A program made the position numbers and the translations under genes. Source: Myxococcota bacterium (GTDB lineage Bacteria; Myxococcota_A; UBA9160; PR03). From it: 47,352 nucleotides of DNA. Location of the stretch: assembly GCA_041611735.1 (NCBI GenBank), contig JBFIML010000035.1:1-47352 (forward strand), written 5' to 3'. Positions 31,251 through 40,034 of this stretch are shown in pieces. The first letter of the stretch is position 1. Each line of letters begins with the position of its first letter. The notes under the pieces are model-generated. The model had not been told where the DNA came from. It searched no databases and was given only the letters and a program-made list of their open reading frames with translations.

Positions 31251-31897
31251 CGACGGGCCACGATCTCGACCCAGCCTCCCAGACCGCCGACTCGCGTCTC
31301 GACCGGCTCGAGCCCGCAGTGGCGCAGCCGGCCCGGAAGCTCCGCGACCGGGTGGGTCGTCTGCTGGGTGAGGAGATAGGTCAACGCCACCAGCGGCGCC
31401 CGCAAGAGGCCGTGGAGGATGCGACGCGGCCGGGTGCCGGGCCGGGCCTCGTCCGCGATCAGGAGCAGCCCTCCCGGCCGGAGGATGCGCGCCACCTGCT
31501 CCAGCGTGTACGCGATCTCGTCCTCGCTCAGCTCGGACAGGCAGAGACCGCAGGTAACCACGTCGTAGCTCTCGGACGGCTCGCGATCGAGCTCCGCCAC
31601 GCCCTGCTCGCGGAGCTCGATGCGCTCCGCCACCCCTGCCCGGCGCGCCTGCCGCGCGGCGATCTCCAGCATCTCCGGGTTGACGTCGATGCCCGTCACC
31701 CGGGCACCGCGCCGCGCGGCCCGGACCGCCAGAGCGCCGGTCCCGACCCCCAGGTCCAGCACCCGCTGGCCCGGGGAAATGCGTTGCGCCAGGCGATCGT
31801 AGGCCCGGTCGACGGCGCCCAGGGTGAGGAGCCGGATCCCGAACTCGTAGCGGCGGGGCGCCGACTCGAGGATGCGCATGAGGACGTAGGTGCTCAG
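31247..31897 (-). CDS. cpaM: Class I SAM methyltransferase, corrinoid protein-associated (CpaM-like)
   Basis: VLDLGVGTG, GIDVNPEML and LRPGGLLLIADE; N-terminal MRILESAPRRY; ATGA overlap with the hgcAB-like gene. First ATG is 31879; an in-frame CTG at 31897 is the possible true start. Family name is from recall. Confidence 0.8.
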   Translation of the reverse strand: MSTYVLMRILESAPRRYEFGIRLLTLGAVDRAYDRLAQRISPGQRVLDLGVGTGALAVRAARRGARVTGIDVNPEMLEIAARQARRAGVAERIELREQGVAELDREPSESYDVVTCGLCLSELSEDEIAYTLEQVARILRPGGLLLIADEARPGTRPRRILHGLLRAPLVALTYLLTQQTTHPVAELPGRLRHCGLEPVETRVGGLGGWVEIVARR

Positions 31898-31901
31898 GTG
31901 C

Positions 31902-32630
31902 CTACCACTCCTCCACCCACGGCCGCAGGTCGAGCTCGTGGGTCCAGGCGCTGCGGGGCTGGGCGTGCAAGGCCCAGTAGCTCTCGGCCACGTCGTCGGG
32001 GCGGAGCAGGCCGTCCGGCGGACGCGCCTCCACCAGCTTCGGGAAGTTCTCGCGGATCCACGGCATGTCGATCGGCCCGTCGATCACCACGTGCGCCACG
32101 TGGATGCCCTGGGGCCCGAGCTCCCGAGCCATGCTCTGGGCCAGGGCCCGCAGCGCGTGCTTGGCGCCGGCGAAGCCGGCCATGAGCGGACGCCCGCGGA
32201 CGCTCGCCGTGGCCCCCGTGAAGAGGATCGTCCCGCGGCCGCGCGGCGCCATGCGTCGCGCCGCTTCGCGCCCGACCAGGAAGCCCGAGAAGCAGGCCAT
32301 CTGCCAGATCTTGAAGTACTTGCGGCTGGAGAACTCCAGGATCGGGATGGGGACGTTGGCGCCGATGTTGTGGATGGCCACCTCCACCGGGCCGAGCTCC
32401 GCCTCCACCCGCTCGAAGAGGGCGACCACCTGCTCTTCGTCGCGGGCGTCCACACCGAAGGGGGTCGCCCGATTGCCCGCCTGGCGGATCTGCGTGCAGA
32501 GGGCCTCGAGCTTCTCCGCGCCCCGGCGCACGACGCCCACGTGCAGGCCCTCGCGCGCAAAGCGACGCGCGATCGCCCCGCCGAGGCCCGCACCGGCCCC
32601 GAACACGAGGGCGACCTGCGCGTCCCCCAT
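31902..32630 (-). CDS. SDR-family oxidoreductase
   Basis: GAGAGLG, HNIGAN, FTGATAS, FAGAK, HVAHVVIDG and SAWTHELDLRP. Confidence 0.92.
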   Translation of the reverse strand: MGDAQVALVFGAGAGLGGAIARRFAREGLHVGVVRRGAEKLEALCTQIRQAGNRATPFGVDARDEEQVVALFERVEAELGPVEVAIHNIGANVPIPILEFSSRKYFKIWQMACFSGFLVGREAARRMAPRGRGTILFTGATASVRGRPLMAGFAGAKHALRALAQSMARELGPQGIHVAHVVIDGPIDMPWIRENFPKLVEARPPDGLLRPDDVAESYWALHAQPRSAWTHELDLRPWVEEW

Positions 32631-32636
32631 GCCGCC

Positions 32637-33245
32637 TCAGGCGCCGGCCTGGAGCGCCTTCTCCACCAGGAGAAGGCGGTCGTTGCCGAAGTACATCTCG
32701 TCGCCCACGAAGCAGGCCGGCGCCCCGAAGACGCCGCGCGCCACGGCCTCGTCCGTGGTCTCGCGCAGGGCTCGCTTGATGTTCGGGTCCCGGGCGGCCT
32801 CGATCAGGGCAGAGGCGTCGAGGCCGGCCGCCACCAGCACCCGGGCGAACTCGTCGGGATCCCCCAGGTTCCGGGCCTCGGCCCAGAAGGCCGGGAAGAC
32901 GGCGGCGTGGAAGGGCTCGAAGAGCCCCGCGCGGAGCGCCGCGTGGGCCGCCCGCATGAGGCGAAGCGTATCGATGGGGAAGTGCGGATTGAAGCGGAGC
33001 GGGACGCCGTAGTGCTCCCCCCAGCGGCGCAGGTCCAGGGCGGCATGGCGGCGCTTGGCCTCCACGGGCTCGAAGGCCGGCGAGTGGTTGCCCGTCACCT
33101 TGTAGACCCCGCCCAGGAGCATGGGCCGGTAGACGAGCTGGCAGCCGGTCCGGCGGCGCAGGCCGGCGAGTTGCGTGTCCGCCAGGTAGCTGTAGGGGCT
33201 TCCGTAGTCGAAGAAGAACTCGAGTCGGGCCACCAGGCTCTCCAA
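32637..33245 (-). CDS. 2-hydroxychromene-2-carboxylate isomerase / DsbA-like GST-kappa protein
   Basis: FFFDYGSPYSYLA, PMLLGG, GVFGAP and FGNDRL. Confidence 0.9.
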   Translation of the reverse strand: MESLVARLEFFFDYGSPYSYLADTQLAGLRRRTGCQLVYRPMLLGGVYKVTGNHSPAFEPVEAKRRHAALDLRRWGEHYGVPLRFNPHFPIDTLRLMRAAHAALRAGLFEPFHAAVFPAFWAEARNLGDPDEFARVLVAAGLDASALIEAARDPNIKRALRETTDEAVARGVFGAPACFVGDEMYFGNDRLLLVEKALQAGA

Positions 33246-33324
33246 GCGCCTCCGATCCTACCCGCAGGGGCCGCCAGGGAGCAAACGAGGCGCGGATTGC
33301 GGAAGCCTGGGCTCGCGTGGTTGA

Positions 33325-35667
33325 ATGGAAAAGCGGGGTCGGAGCGTCGTCGTGGCAGGCAGGCAGTGGACAGGCTGGCTGGGAGTATGGATCGGTTGGC
33401 TGATCCTGCTCTCCTCCCCCGCGTCGGCCCTGGTCACCACCGGCTCCCTGGACACGCCGGGCCAGGCGCTGGCCGTGCAGGTGGTGGACGGCCTCGCCTA
33501 CCTGGCCGACGGCCTCGCCGGCCTGCGCGTGATCGACGTCTCCGACCCGACCGCACCCCGAGAGGTCGGGGCGCTGGCGACTCCCGGCTCCGCCTCGGAC
33601 GTGATCGTGTCGGACGGCATCGCCTGGGTTGCGGGCGCGGGCCGCGGCCTGCGGGTCGTCGACGTATCCGATCCCACCGCGCCTCGGGAGATCGGCGCCC
33701 TGGACACCGTGGCGGCCTTCGGTCTCGCGCGCCTGGGCAACCTCGTGTACGTGGCCGACGGGGCTGCGGGCCTGCGCATCCTGGACGGGACGGACCCGAC
33801 ACGACCCGTGGAGCGCGGCGCGCTCGACACCCCGGGCTCGGCCCGAGCCGTGGTCGTGGCCGGCGGCCTGGCTTACGTGGCCGATGCCGAGGCCGGGCTG
33901 CGCATCGTGGACGTGGGCGATCCCGCCGCTCCCGTGGCGCGGGGCGCCCTCGACACCCCGGGCTCCGCCCGGGCCGTATTCGTGGTGGAAGGCATCGCCT
34001 ACGTGGCGGACGCGGAGGCGGGCCTGCGCATCGTGGACGTCGCAGACCCGGACGCGCCGGCGGAGCTCGGCGTCCTCGACGTCGGAGGCCCCGGTCAGCC
34101 GGTCCAGGGCGTCACCGTGGTGGGCCGCCTCGCCTTCCTCGCCATGGAGAGCCGGGGCCTCCAGCTCGCGGACGTCGGGGATCCGAGCCGGCCGTTGGCG
34201 CTCGGCGCCCTCTCCACGCCGGGCGGCGCCCGGGACGTGACCGTCGTCGGACGCTTCGCCCACGTGGCGGACCTCGACCGTGGCTTGCACGTCGCAGACG
34301 TCTCGAACCCCGGGAACCCGCTGGAGATCGCCACCGCCCCGACGGACAACTCGGGTGCAGACCTGGTCCTCGGGGACGGCATCGCCTACGTGGCCAACTC
34401 GTTCTCGGGCCTCGTCCTCTTCGACGTCTCGGACCCCACGAAGCCGGCCCGCCTGGGCCGGATCGGCCTGGACGACCCACGGGACGTGGAGGTGATCGAC
34501 GGGATCGCCTACGTGGCCGACGAAGACGTGGGGCTGCGCATCCTGGACGTCGCGAATCCGTTCGCTCCCAGGGAGATCGGGACCGCTGTCATGCCGAGGG
34601 GAGCCCTCGACGTGGCGGTGGTGGACGGTGTGGCGTACGCCACCGGGGGATCGGTTTTCTCGTCCCCCGGGAACCTCTGGATCTTCGACGTCTCCGACCC
34701 GACCGCCCCGGACCTGATCTTCGTCGTCGGCCCCATCGCCGCGAGCCGGGTCGACGTGGTCGACGGCGTCGCCTACGTCACCGCCGACTTCCCGGACCTG
34801 CGGACGATCGACGTGTCCGACCCCGCTGCGCCGGTGCGCCTCGGCGTCTTCGACACGCCGGAGAATGCTCTGGACGTACAGGTGGCGGACGGCGTGGCGT
34901 ACCTGGCCGTTCCGCAAGCGGCCGTGCGCATCCTGGACGTCTCGGATCCCGCGGCGCCCCGAGAGCTCGGCGTGCTCCCGGTTCTCGCCGCCTTCGTCGG
35001 CGACGTGGACCTCGTGGACTCGCTGCTCTTCGTGACCGCCGGAGCGGACGTCCTGGCCGTGGACGTCGCGGACCCCACGGCTCCACGGGTGGTGGGCGGC
35101 TTCCCCCTCCCCCCGTTCGGATTCGCCAGCGACGTCGCCATGGACGGCACCATCGCCTTCGTCCCGGGCGGCCCCGGCAACGTCCTGCGCGTGATCGACT
35201 TCGGCCCGGAGTACGCCGCGCGCCTGCAAGCCGCGCTGGACGTGAGGCCCGACTCCTGCCCGAACCCCTGGAATCCCACCTCCCGCGGCGTCCTGCCGCT
35301 GGCCGTGCTCGGATCCCCGGGCTTCGACGCCAGCCAGATCGACCTGGAGAGCGTGGTGCTGTCCCGCGCCGACGGCGTGGGTGGGGAAGTCCCGCCCGAG
35401 GCGGGGCCGACCGGCCCGCAGCCGGTCCTCGCCGACGTGGGAAGCCCCTTCGAGGCCGACGCCTGCGCCTGCCACGCGGGTGGCCCCGACGGCCACGTGG
35501 ACCTGGCGCTCAAGTTCCGGACCCCGGCCCTGGCCGGGGCTCTCGCCCCGGGCGAGCTCGTCGAGCTCGTCCTGAGCGGGCGGCTCCGCGACGGCCGGCG
35601 CTTCGAGGGGCGCGACTGCGCGCGGGTCGTGCCGACCGCCAGGCGGCGCGGGGGCTCTGGCAGCTAG
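33325..35667 (+). CDS. Secreted LVIVD-repeat beta-propeller protein with uncharacterised C-terminal domain
   Basis: Signal peptide and 14 repeats of about 42 aa (AYVAD..GLRIVDVSDP..P), then LDVRPDSCPNP.N..SRGVLPLAVLGS. Confidence 0.88.
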   Translation: MEKRGRSVVVAGRQWTGWLGVWIGWLILLSSPASALVTTGSLDTPGQALAVQVVDGLAYLADGLAGLRVIDVSDPTAPREVGALATPGSASDVIVSDGIAWVAGAGRGLRVVDVSDPTAPREIGALDTVAAFGLARLGNLVYVADGAAGLRILDGTDPTRPVERGALDTPGSARAVVVAGGLAYVADAEAGLRIVDVGDPAAPVARGALDTPGSARAVFVVEGIAYVADAEAGLRIVDVADPDAPAELGVLDVGGPGQPVQGVTVVGRLAFLAMESRGLQLADVGDPSRPLALGALSTPGGARDVTVVGRFAHVADLDRGLHVADVSNPGNPLEIATAPTDNSGADLVLGDGIAYVANSFSGLVLFDVSDPTKPARLGRIGLDDPRDVEVIDGIAYVADEDVGLRILDVANPFAPREIGTAVMPRGALDVAVVDGVAYATGGSVFSSPGNLWIFDVSDPTAPDLIFVVGPIAASRVDVVDGVAYVTADFPDLRTIDVSDPAAPVRLGVFDTPENALDVQVADGVAYLAVPQAAVRILDVSDPAAPRELGVLPVLAAFVGDVDLVDSLLFVTAGADVLAVDVADPTAPRVVGGFPLPPFGFASDVAMDGTIAFVPGGPGNVLRVIDFGPEYAARLQAALDVRPDSCPNPWNPTSRGVLPLAVLGSPGFDASQIDLESVVLSRADGVGGEVPPEAGPTGPQPVLADVGSPFEADACACHAGGPDGHVDLALKFRTPALAGALAPGELVELVLSGRLRDGRRFEGRDCARVVPTARRRGGSGS
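33430..35210 (+). repeat. Intragenic tandem repeats (~126-nt period) encoding LVIVD units
   Basis: Units 4 and 5 remain highly similar at DNA level (ctcgacaccccgggctc...ctgcgcatcgtggacgt). Confidence 0.85.
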
Positions 35668-35679
35668 ACGGGGAGAGGC

Positions 35680-36435
35680 ATGGTCCGACACGAGATCGAG
35701 CTCTTCCAGTTCCCGGCCTCCCACTTCAACGAGAAGGTGCGCTGGGCCCTGGACTGGAAGCGCGTTCCCCACGAGCGCATCTCGCTCGTGCCGGGGCCGC
35801 ATGCCGCGCGCATGCGCAAGCTCTCGGGACAGACGGCGACCCCGGTGCTCCGCGACCGCGGGCAGGTGATCGCCGGCTCGGCCCGCATCCTGGAGCACCT
35901 GGAACGCCGCTTCCCGGAGCCGGCGCTCCATCCGAGGGATCCCGACGATCTGCGCCGGGCCCTCGCCATCCAGCGCGAGTTCGACGAAGAGGTCGGACCG
36001 GCGGTGCGCCTCGCCAAGTTCTTCCAGGTGATGAGCGCCGATTATGCGACGCGCGTCTTCGGCGACGGCCTGGGACCCCTGGGTCGGGCCGCCTACCGGG
36101 CGAGCTTCCCGCTGGTGCGGCGGGTCATGTGGCGCAAGATGGGGATCGATGCGGACAGCGCAGTGCGTGCCGGCGGGCGGACCCTCCAGGCCCTCGACTT
36201 CGTGGCCAAGACCGCAGGCCCGAGCGGTCACCTGGTGGGGGAGCGCTTCGGCCTGGCCGACCTGGCCTGCGCCAGCCTGCTCATGCCCGCCGTGCGGGTG
36301 GCCGAGTGGGGCGGCCCGGCCGAGCCCTCGGATGCGAAGACCGATGCCTGGTTCGCTCGCTGGGCCGATCATCCCGGCGCCGCGTGGGTGCGCGACACGT
36401 ATCGACGCTACCGGCGACCGCCCTCGGACCCGTGA
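35680..36435 (+). CDS. Glutathione S-transferase-family protein
   Basis: SHFNEKVRWALDWK, TPVL, GSARILEHLE and FGLADLACASLL. Confidence 0.88.
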   Translation: MVRHEIELFQFPASHFNEKVRWALDWKRVPHERISLVPGPHAARMRKLSGQTATPVLRDRGQVIAGSARILEHLERRFPEPALHPRDPDDLRRALAIQREFDEEVGPAVRLAKFFQVMSADYATRVFGDGLGPLGRAAYRASFPLVRRVMWRKMGIDADSAVRAGGRTLQALDFVAKTAGPSGHLVGERFGLADLACASLLMPAVRVAEWGGPAEPSDAKTDAWFARWADHPGAAWVRDTYRRYRRPPSDP

Positions 36436-36441
36436 TCCTTG

Positions 36442-36502
36442 CTGGCCGGCCTGGAGCGTCTTGCCGGCGCGCCGGGCCAGGAAGGAGGCCTCGAGCGCCA
36501 GC
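36442..36502. repeat. Direct repeat, copy 1 (61 bp)
   Basis: ctggccggcctggagcgtcttgccggcgcgccgggccaggaaggaggcctcgagcgccagc; 56/61 identical to 38826-38886. Confidence 0.95.
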
Positions 36503-36536
36503 GAGGCGGCGCCTTGCGCTAGGGTGACCGGAATCC

Positions 36537-38819
36537 ATGAAGGACGCGCTGCGCCGCTCCCCGACAAGCCGACCCGTCCGCGCCATGATCCACACCCTGG
36601 TGGCCATCGGCGGGGTTGCCGCACTGTCCTGGGAGATCCTCTGGCAGCTGCAGGCTTCACTCGCCCTGGGGGTCTCGGCGCGCGGCACCGCCATCGTCCT
36701 GGCCGCCACCATGGCGGGCCTCACGTTCGGAGCGCTGATCGGCGGACGCTGGTTGGCCCGGGTCAGGTCCCATCCGATCCGTCTCTACGGGGCTCTCGAA
36801 GCGGCCATCGGACTCTCGGGTCTGCTCATGCTTCCGGGCTTCCGCGCGCTCGAGCGGCTCGACACGGCCCTCTACGGCGCGGCTCCCGCGCTCGCGCCCG
36901 GCCTGCACGCGCTCGCGATCGTCCTTCTCCTCGGCCCCGCGACGCTCGCCATGGGCGCGACGATCCCGGTCTTCTCGCGGATCGCCTCGGCACATCACAC
37001 CTCGCTCGCTGGACTCTACGGGATCAACACCGTGGGTGCCGCTGCAGGATCTCTGCTCATCGCCTTCCTGTTCATCCCGACGCTCGGCGTGTCGCAGACC
37101 GTCCAGCTCGTGGCGGGCTTGAATCTATTTGTCTTCTGCTTGACGCACTTGCTGCCTGCGGCGGTAGCCGCCGAATCCGATGGCTCCTCCGGAGAGCGTA
37201 GAACGCCCCGTCTTGCCCCGTTCACCGCGGGCGCGATGGTCTTCTGCACCGGTTTCACCACCTTCGGTCTCGAGGTGGCCTGGTTCCGCTCCCTGCGCGC
37301 CGCCTTCCAGAGCGTCACCGACAGCTTCGCCATCATGCTTGCGTCGGTGCTCCTCCCGCTGGGTGTCGCCGCCAGGCTGGTGCCCCGCCTCCGCCGCACA
37401 CAGGTCCATCCCGCCCTGCTCCTGGGAGCAGCCGGCCTGCTGGCCCTCCTAGCCACGCCTGTCGTCGAGCGGATGGACGTGCTGGCACGCGCACCGGACG
37501 ACTACGCGTGGGTTCTCTTGCGCCGATTCCTGCTCTCCCTGGCGACCCTCGGTCCTTCCATGCTGCTGCTGGGCACGGTCCTCCCCTGGCTGCTCGAAGA
37601 TTATGGAGAGCCCAGGAGCTGCGGATGGCTGTACGGGATCAACACGGCGGGCTCCGTGCTCGGAGCCCTTCTGGGGGCCTGGGTCCTGCTCCCCAGTCTG
37701 GGGTTTGCGCGCGCCTCCTGGCTGCTGGGAGCCGGAGTGGTGGTCTTCGCCGCCGCACAGCGGGGAGGTAGGCGTGGAGTGGCCATGGCGGTGGCCGGCG
37801 CCGGGGCCCTCGTCGTGGCCGTGACACAGACCTCGAGCGTCGGGCGCGAGCGGGTGGTCGGCCTTCCGGATTTCGATGACCTCGAGATCGTCGCCTACGA
37901 CGAGGGTCCGGACAGCACCGCATCCGTGGTATCGGATTCGAGCGGAGCCAGGGGTCTCGTGATCGACGGGTTCCTCGCCTCCTCCGAAGGAGTCGGCGGC
38001 GGCCGCTACATGGAGATGATGGGGACACTACCCATGCTGCTGCATCCGGAGCCCCGGGCTGCGCTGGTGATCTGCTTTGGCACCGGTCAGACGGCGAACG
38101 CCGTTCGCCGGGAACATCCGGAGCGTCTGGACGTGGTGGACGTCAATCCTTCCGTGCTCGAGATGGGTCGCCACTTCCGGTCCAACGAGGGCGTGCTGGA
38201 AGATCCCCGCGTGAGGGCCGTCGCGATGGACGGACGCGCCTGGCTACGCCGCAGCGAGCAGCGCTACGACGTCGTGACGTTGGAGCCCATGCCTCCCTAC
38301 TTCGCCGGAGTGAATGCGCTCTACTCCAGGGAGTTCTACGAGATCGTGGCGAGCAAGCTCGAGACCGGCGGGGTCGTCGCGCAATGGCTTCCCTTCCATC
38401 TGATGCCCCCCTTCTATGCTGCCTCCGCGGCCGCGACCTTCGCGGCCGTCTTTCCGGACTCGATCCTCTGGATGCATCCCAGCGAACCCACGGGAATCCT
38501 CCTGGGACGGGTTACGGGCACGTCCGTTCCGCTTGCAACCGATTGGCCCGGCTTCGCGCGCTCGGGCGAGCCGCACGCCTACCCGGCGGACGAGGTGCGC
38601 GCGAGCGTCGCGCTGGATGCCAGCCGGCTGGCCCGCTACGCGAGCCTGGGGCAGGTCATCTCGGACGACAACCAGCTCCTGGCCTACGGCGCGATCCGGA
38701 GACAGCTGGCCGACCGAGACCGCAAGAGCGTCGTGGAGAACGTAAACCTAGTGCGCCGCATCGCCCGGACGGAGCTCTCGCGGCCTGCGGCTTCCCCGCC
38801 GGCAGCCCTGGAGCCTTGA
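36537..38819 (+). CDS. Fused MFS-like membrane domain / spermidine synthase-like protein
   Basis: Many TM helices with two LYGINT.G motifs, then ALVICFGTGQT, VDVNP, DGRAWL, YDVV, LYSREFY, QWLP and SDD. Confidence 0.9.
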   Translation: MKDALRRSPTSRPVRAMIHTLVAIGGVAALSWEILWQLQASLALGVSARGTAIVLAATMAGLTFGALIGGRWLARVRSHPIRLYGALEAAIGLSGLLMLPGFRALERLDTALYGAAPALAPGLHALAIVLLLGPATLAMGATIPVFSRIASAHHTSLAGLYGINTVGAAAGSLLIAFLFIPTLGVSQTVQLVAGLNLFVFCLTHLLPAAVAAESDGSSGERRTPRLAPFTAGAMVFCTGFTTFGLEVAWFRSLRAAFQSVTDSFAIMLASVLLPLGVAARLVPRLRRTQVHPALLLGAAGLLALLATPVVERMDVLARAPDDYAWVLLRRFLLSLATLGPSMLLLGTVLPWLLEDYGEPRSCGWLYGINTAGSVLGALLGAWVLLPSLGFARASWLLGAGVVVFAAAQRGGRRGVAMAVAGAGALVVAVTQTSSVGRERVVGLPDFDDLEIVAYDEGPDSTASVVSDSSGARGLVIDGFLASSEGVGGGRYMEMMGTLPMLLHPEPRAALVICFGTGQTANAVRREHPERLDVVDVNPSVLEMGRHFRSNEGVLEDPRVRAVAMDGRAWLRRSEQRYDVVTLEPMPPYFAGVNALYSREFYEIVASKLETGGVVAQWLPFHLMPPFYAASAAATFAAVFPDSILWMHPSEPTGILLGRVTGTSVPLATDWPGFARSGEPHAYPADEVRASVALDASRLARYASLGQVISDDNQLLAYGAIRRQLADRDRKSVVENVNLVRRIARTELSRPAASPPAALEP

Positions 38820-39120
38820 TCGGTCCTGGCCGGCCTGGAGCGTCTTGCCCGCGCGCCGGGCCGGGAGGGAGGTCTCGAGCACCAGCATGCGCGGATCATC
38901 GGCCGCCAGCGGCTCTCCCTCCAGCGGGTTCTCGGTGCACCAGTTCACCATGTCGCGCAGCAACGCCACCTTCTCGAGCTGCGTCTGGAACTTGGGGTAG
39001 GTCCCCGGATGCGTTCCCGAGGCGTGGGGATGGCACATGGCGCAGGCGATGCCGTTGCTTCCGATCTCGTCGCTGTGGAGCAGGCGATCCCCCTCCCGGA
39101 CGACCTTGTCGAGCTGCCGG
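38820..39120 (-). pseudogene. Remnant of a c-type cytochrome gene (CXXCH plus distal NWC)
   Basis: Reads QLDKVVREGDRLLHSDEIGSNGIACAMCHP...TYPKFQTQL...LRDMVNWCTENPLEG...DDPRM. No signal peptide, no credible start, and no stop before it runs into the convergent gene. Confidence 0.7.
38826..38886. repeat. Direct repeat, copy 2 (61 bp)
   Basis: ctggccggcctggagcgtcttgcccgcgcgccgggccgggagggaggtctcgagcaccagc; 5 substitutions versus copy 1. Confidence 0.95.
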
Positions 39121-39230
39121 GGACGTAGTCGGGATGGACGCGGCCCCCCGGCCTCCACCAAGGGCATTGGGCCCCCACGGGGCAGTGGGCTCCGATGGTG
39201 CACCCCCCCGGCGTCGGCTATAGGGGCCCG

Positions 39231-40034
39231 ATGCTGCGGACGGGCCTGCGCCCACGGGTTGCGAGCCACCTGCACCGGCTCGGCTACTACCGCGATCTGG
39301 TGGCGGTGCTGACGCAGAAGGAGCTCAAGGTCCGCTACAAGGGCAGCTTCCTGGGCTACCTCTGGTCGATTGCAAATCCGCTGGCCTTCGCCCTCGTCTT
39401 CTTCGTCGTCTTCAAGGTCGTCATGCGGGTCGGCATCCCCGACTACCCGCTGTTCCTGATCGCCGGGCTCTTCCCCTGGCATTGGTTCCAGAACTCGGTC
39501 AACGGATCGGCCAATGCTTTCATCGGCAACGCGAGCCTGGTCAAGAAGCTGAACTTCCCGCGCCTCATCATTCCGCTGACGGGCGTGCTCGACGACCTGA
39601 TCCACTTCCTGTTGTCGATTCCCGTCATCGTCTTCTTCCTGCTCCTCTATGGCAAGGGTCCCGCGGCGTCCTGGCTCTATGGGGTGCCGCTGCTGATCCT
39701 GGCGCAGTTCATCCTGATCTACGGCATCGCCCTGGCGGTGAGCTCGATCAACGTGTTCTTCCGCGACCTGGAGAGGCTGGTCGCCCTGCTGACGATGCTG
39801 CTCTTCTACGTGACGCCGATCATCTACTCCGAGACCATGATCCCGCAGGGCTTCGAGGCACTCGTCACCCTGAACCCGCTCGCCACGCTGACGATCGCCT
39901 GGCGGCGCCTCTTGCTGGACGGGTCGCTCGACCTGGCGAGCCTGCTCTGGACGGCAGCCTACGGCGTGGCCGCGCTCGGGATCGGCGCCCTGGTCTACCG
40001 GACGACGAAGGCGCGCTTCGCCGAGGTCGTGTGA
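39231..40034 (+). CDS. wzm: ABC-2 polysaccharide export permease (Wzm-like)
   Basis: ELKVRYKGSFLGYLWSIANPL, NASLVKK..FPR, FFRDL, FYVTPIIY and LNPL; start uncertain. Confidence 0.9.
   Translation: MLRTGLRPRVASHLHRLGYYRDLVAVLTQKELKVRYKGSFLGYLWSIANPLAFALVFFVVFKVVMRVGIPDYPLFLIAGLFPWHWFQNSVNGSANAFIGNASLVKKLNFPRLIIPLTGVLDDLIHFLLSIPVIVFFLLLYGKGPAASWLYGVPLLILAQFILIYGIALAVSSINVFFRDLERLVALLTMLLFYVTPIIYSETMIPQGFEALVTLNPLATLTIAWRRLLLDGSLDLASLLWTAAYGVAALGIGALVYRTTKARFAEVV

Noticed and set aside
33430-35210. Periodic DNA repeats as a CRISPR array or DGR
   Set aside because: They are degenerate in-frame protein repeats with no spacers, cas genes or reverse transcriptase.
31890-36660. Very long ORFs 31890..36527 (+) and 31894..36660 (-)
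   Set aside because: Arg/Gly/Pro-rich shadow frames of real genes; stop codons are rare at this GC content and no motifs are present.
36442-38886. Direct repeats as IS ends, attC sites or a DGR TR/VR pair
   Set aside because: No transposase, integrase or RT nearby, no attC core motifs, and mismatches are not confined to template adenines.
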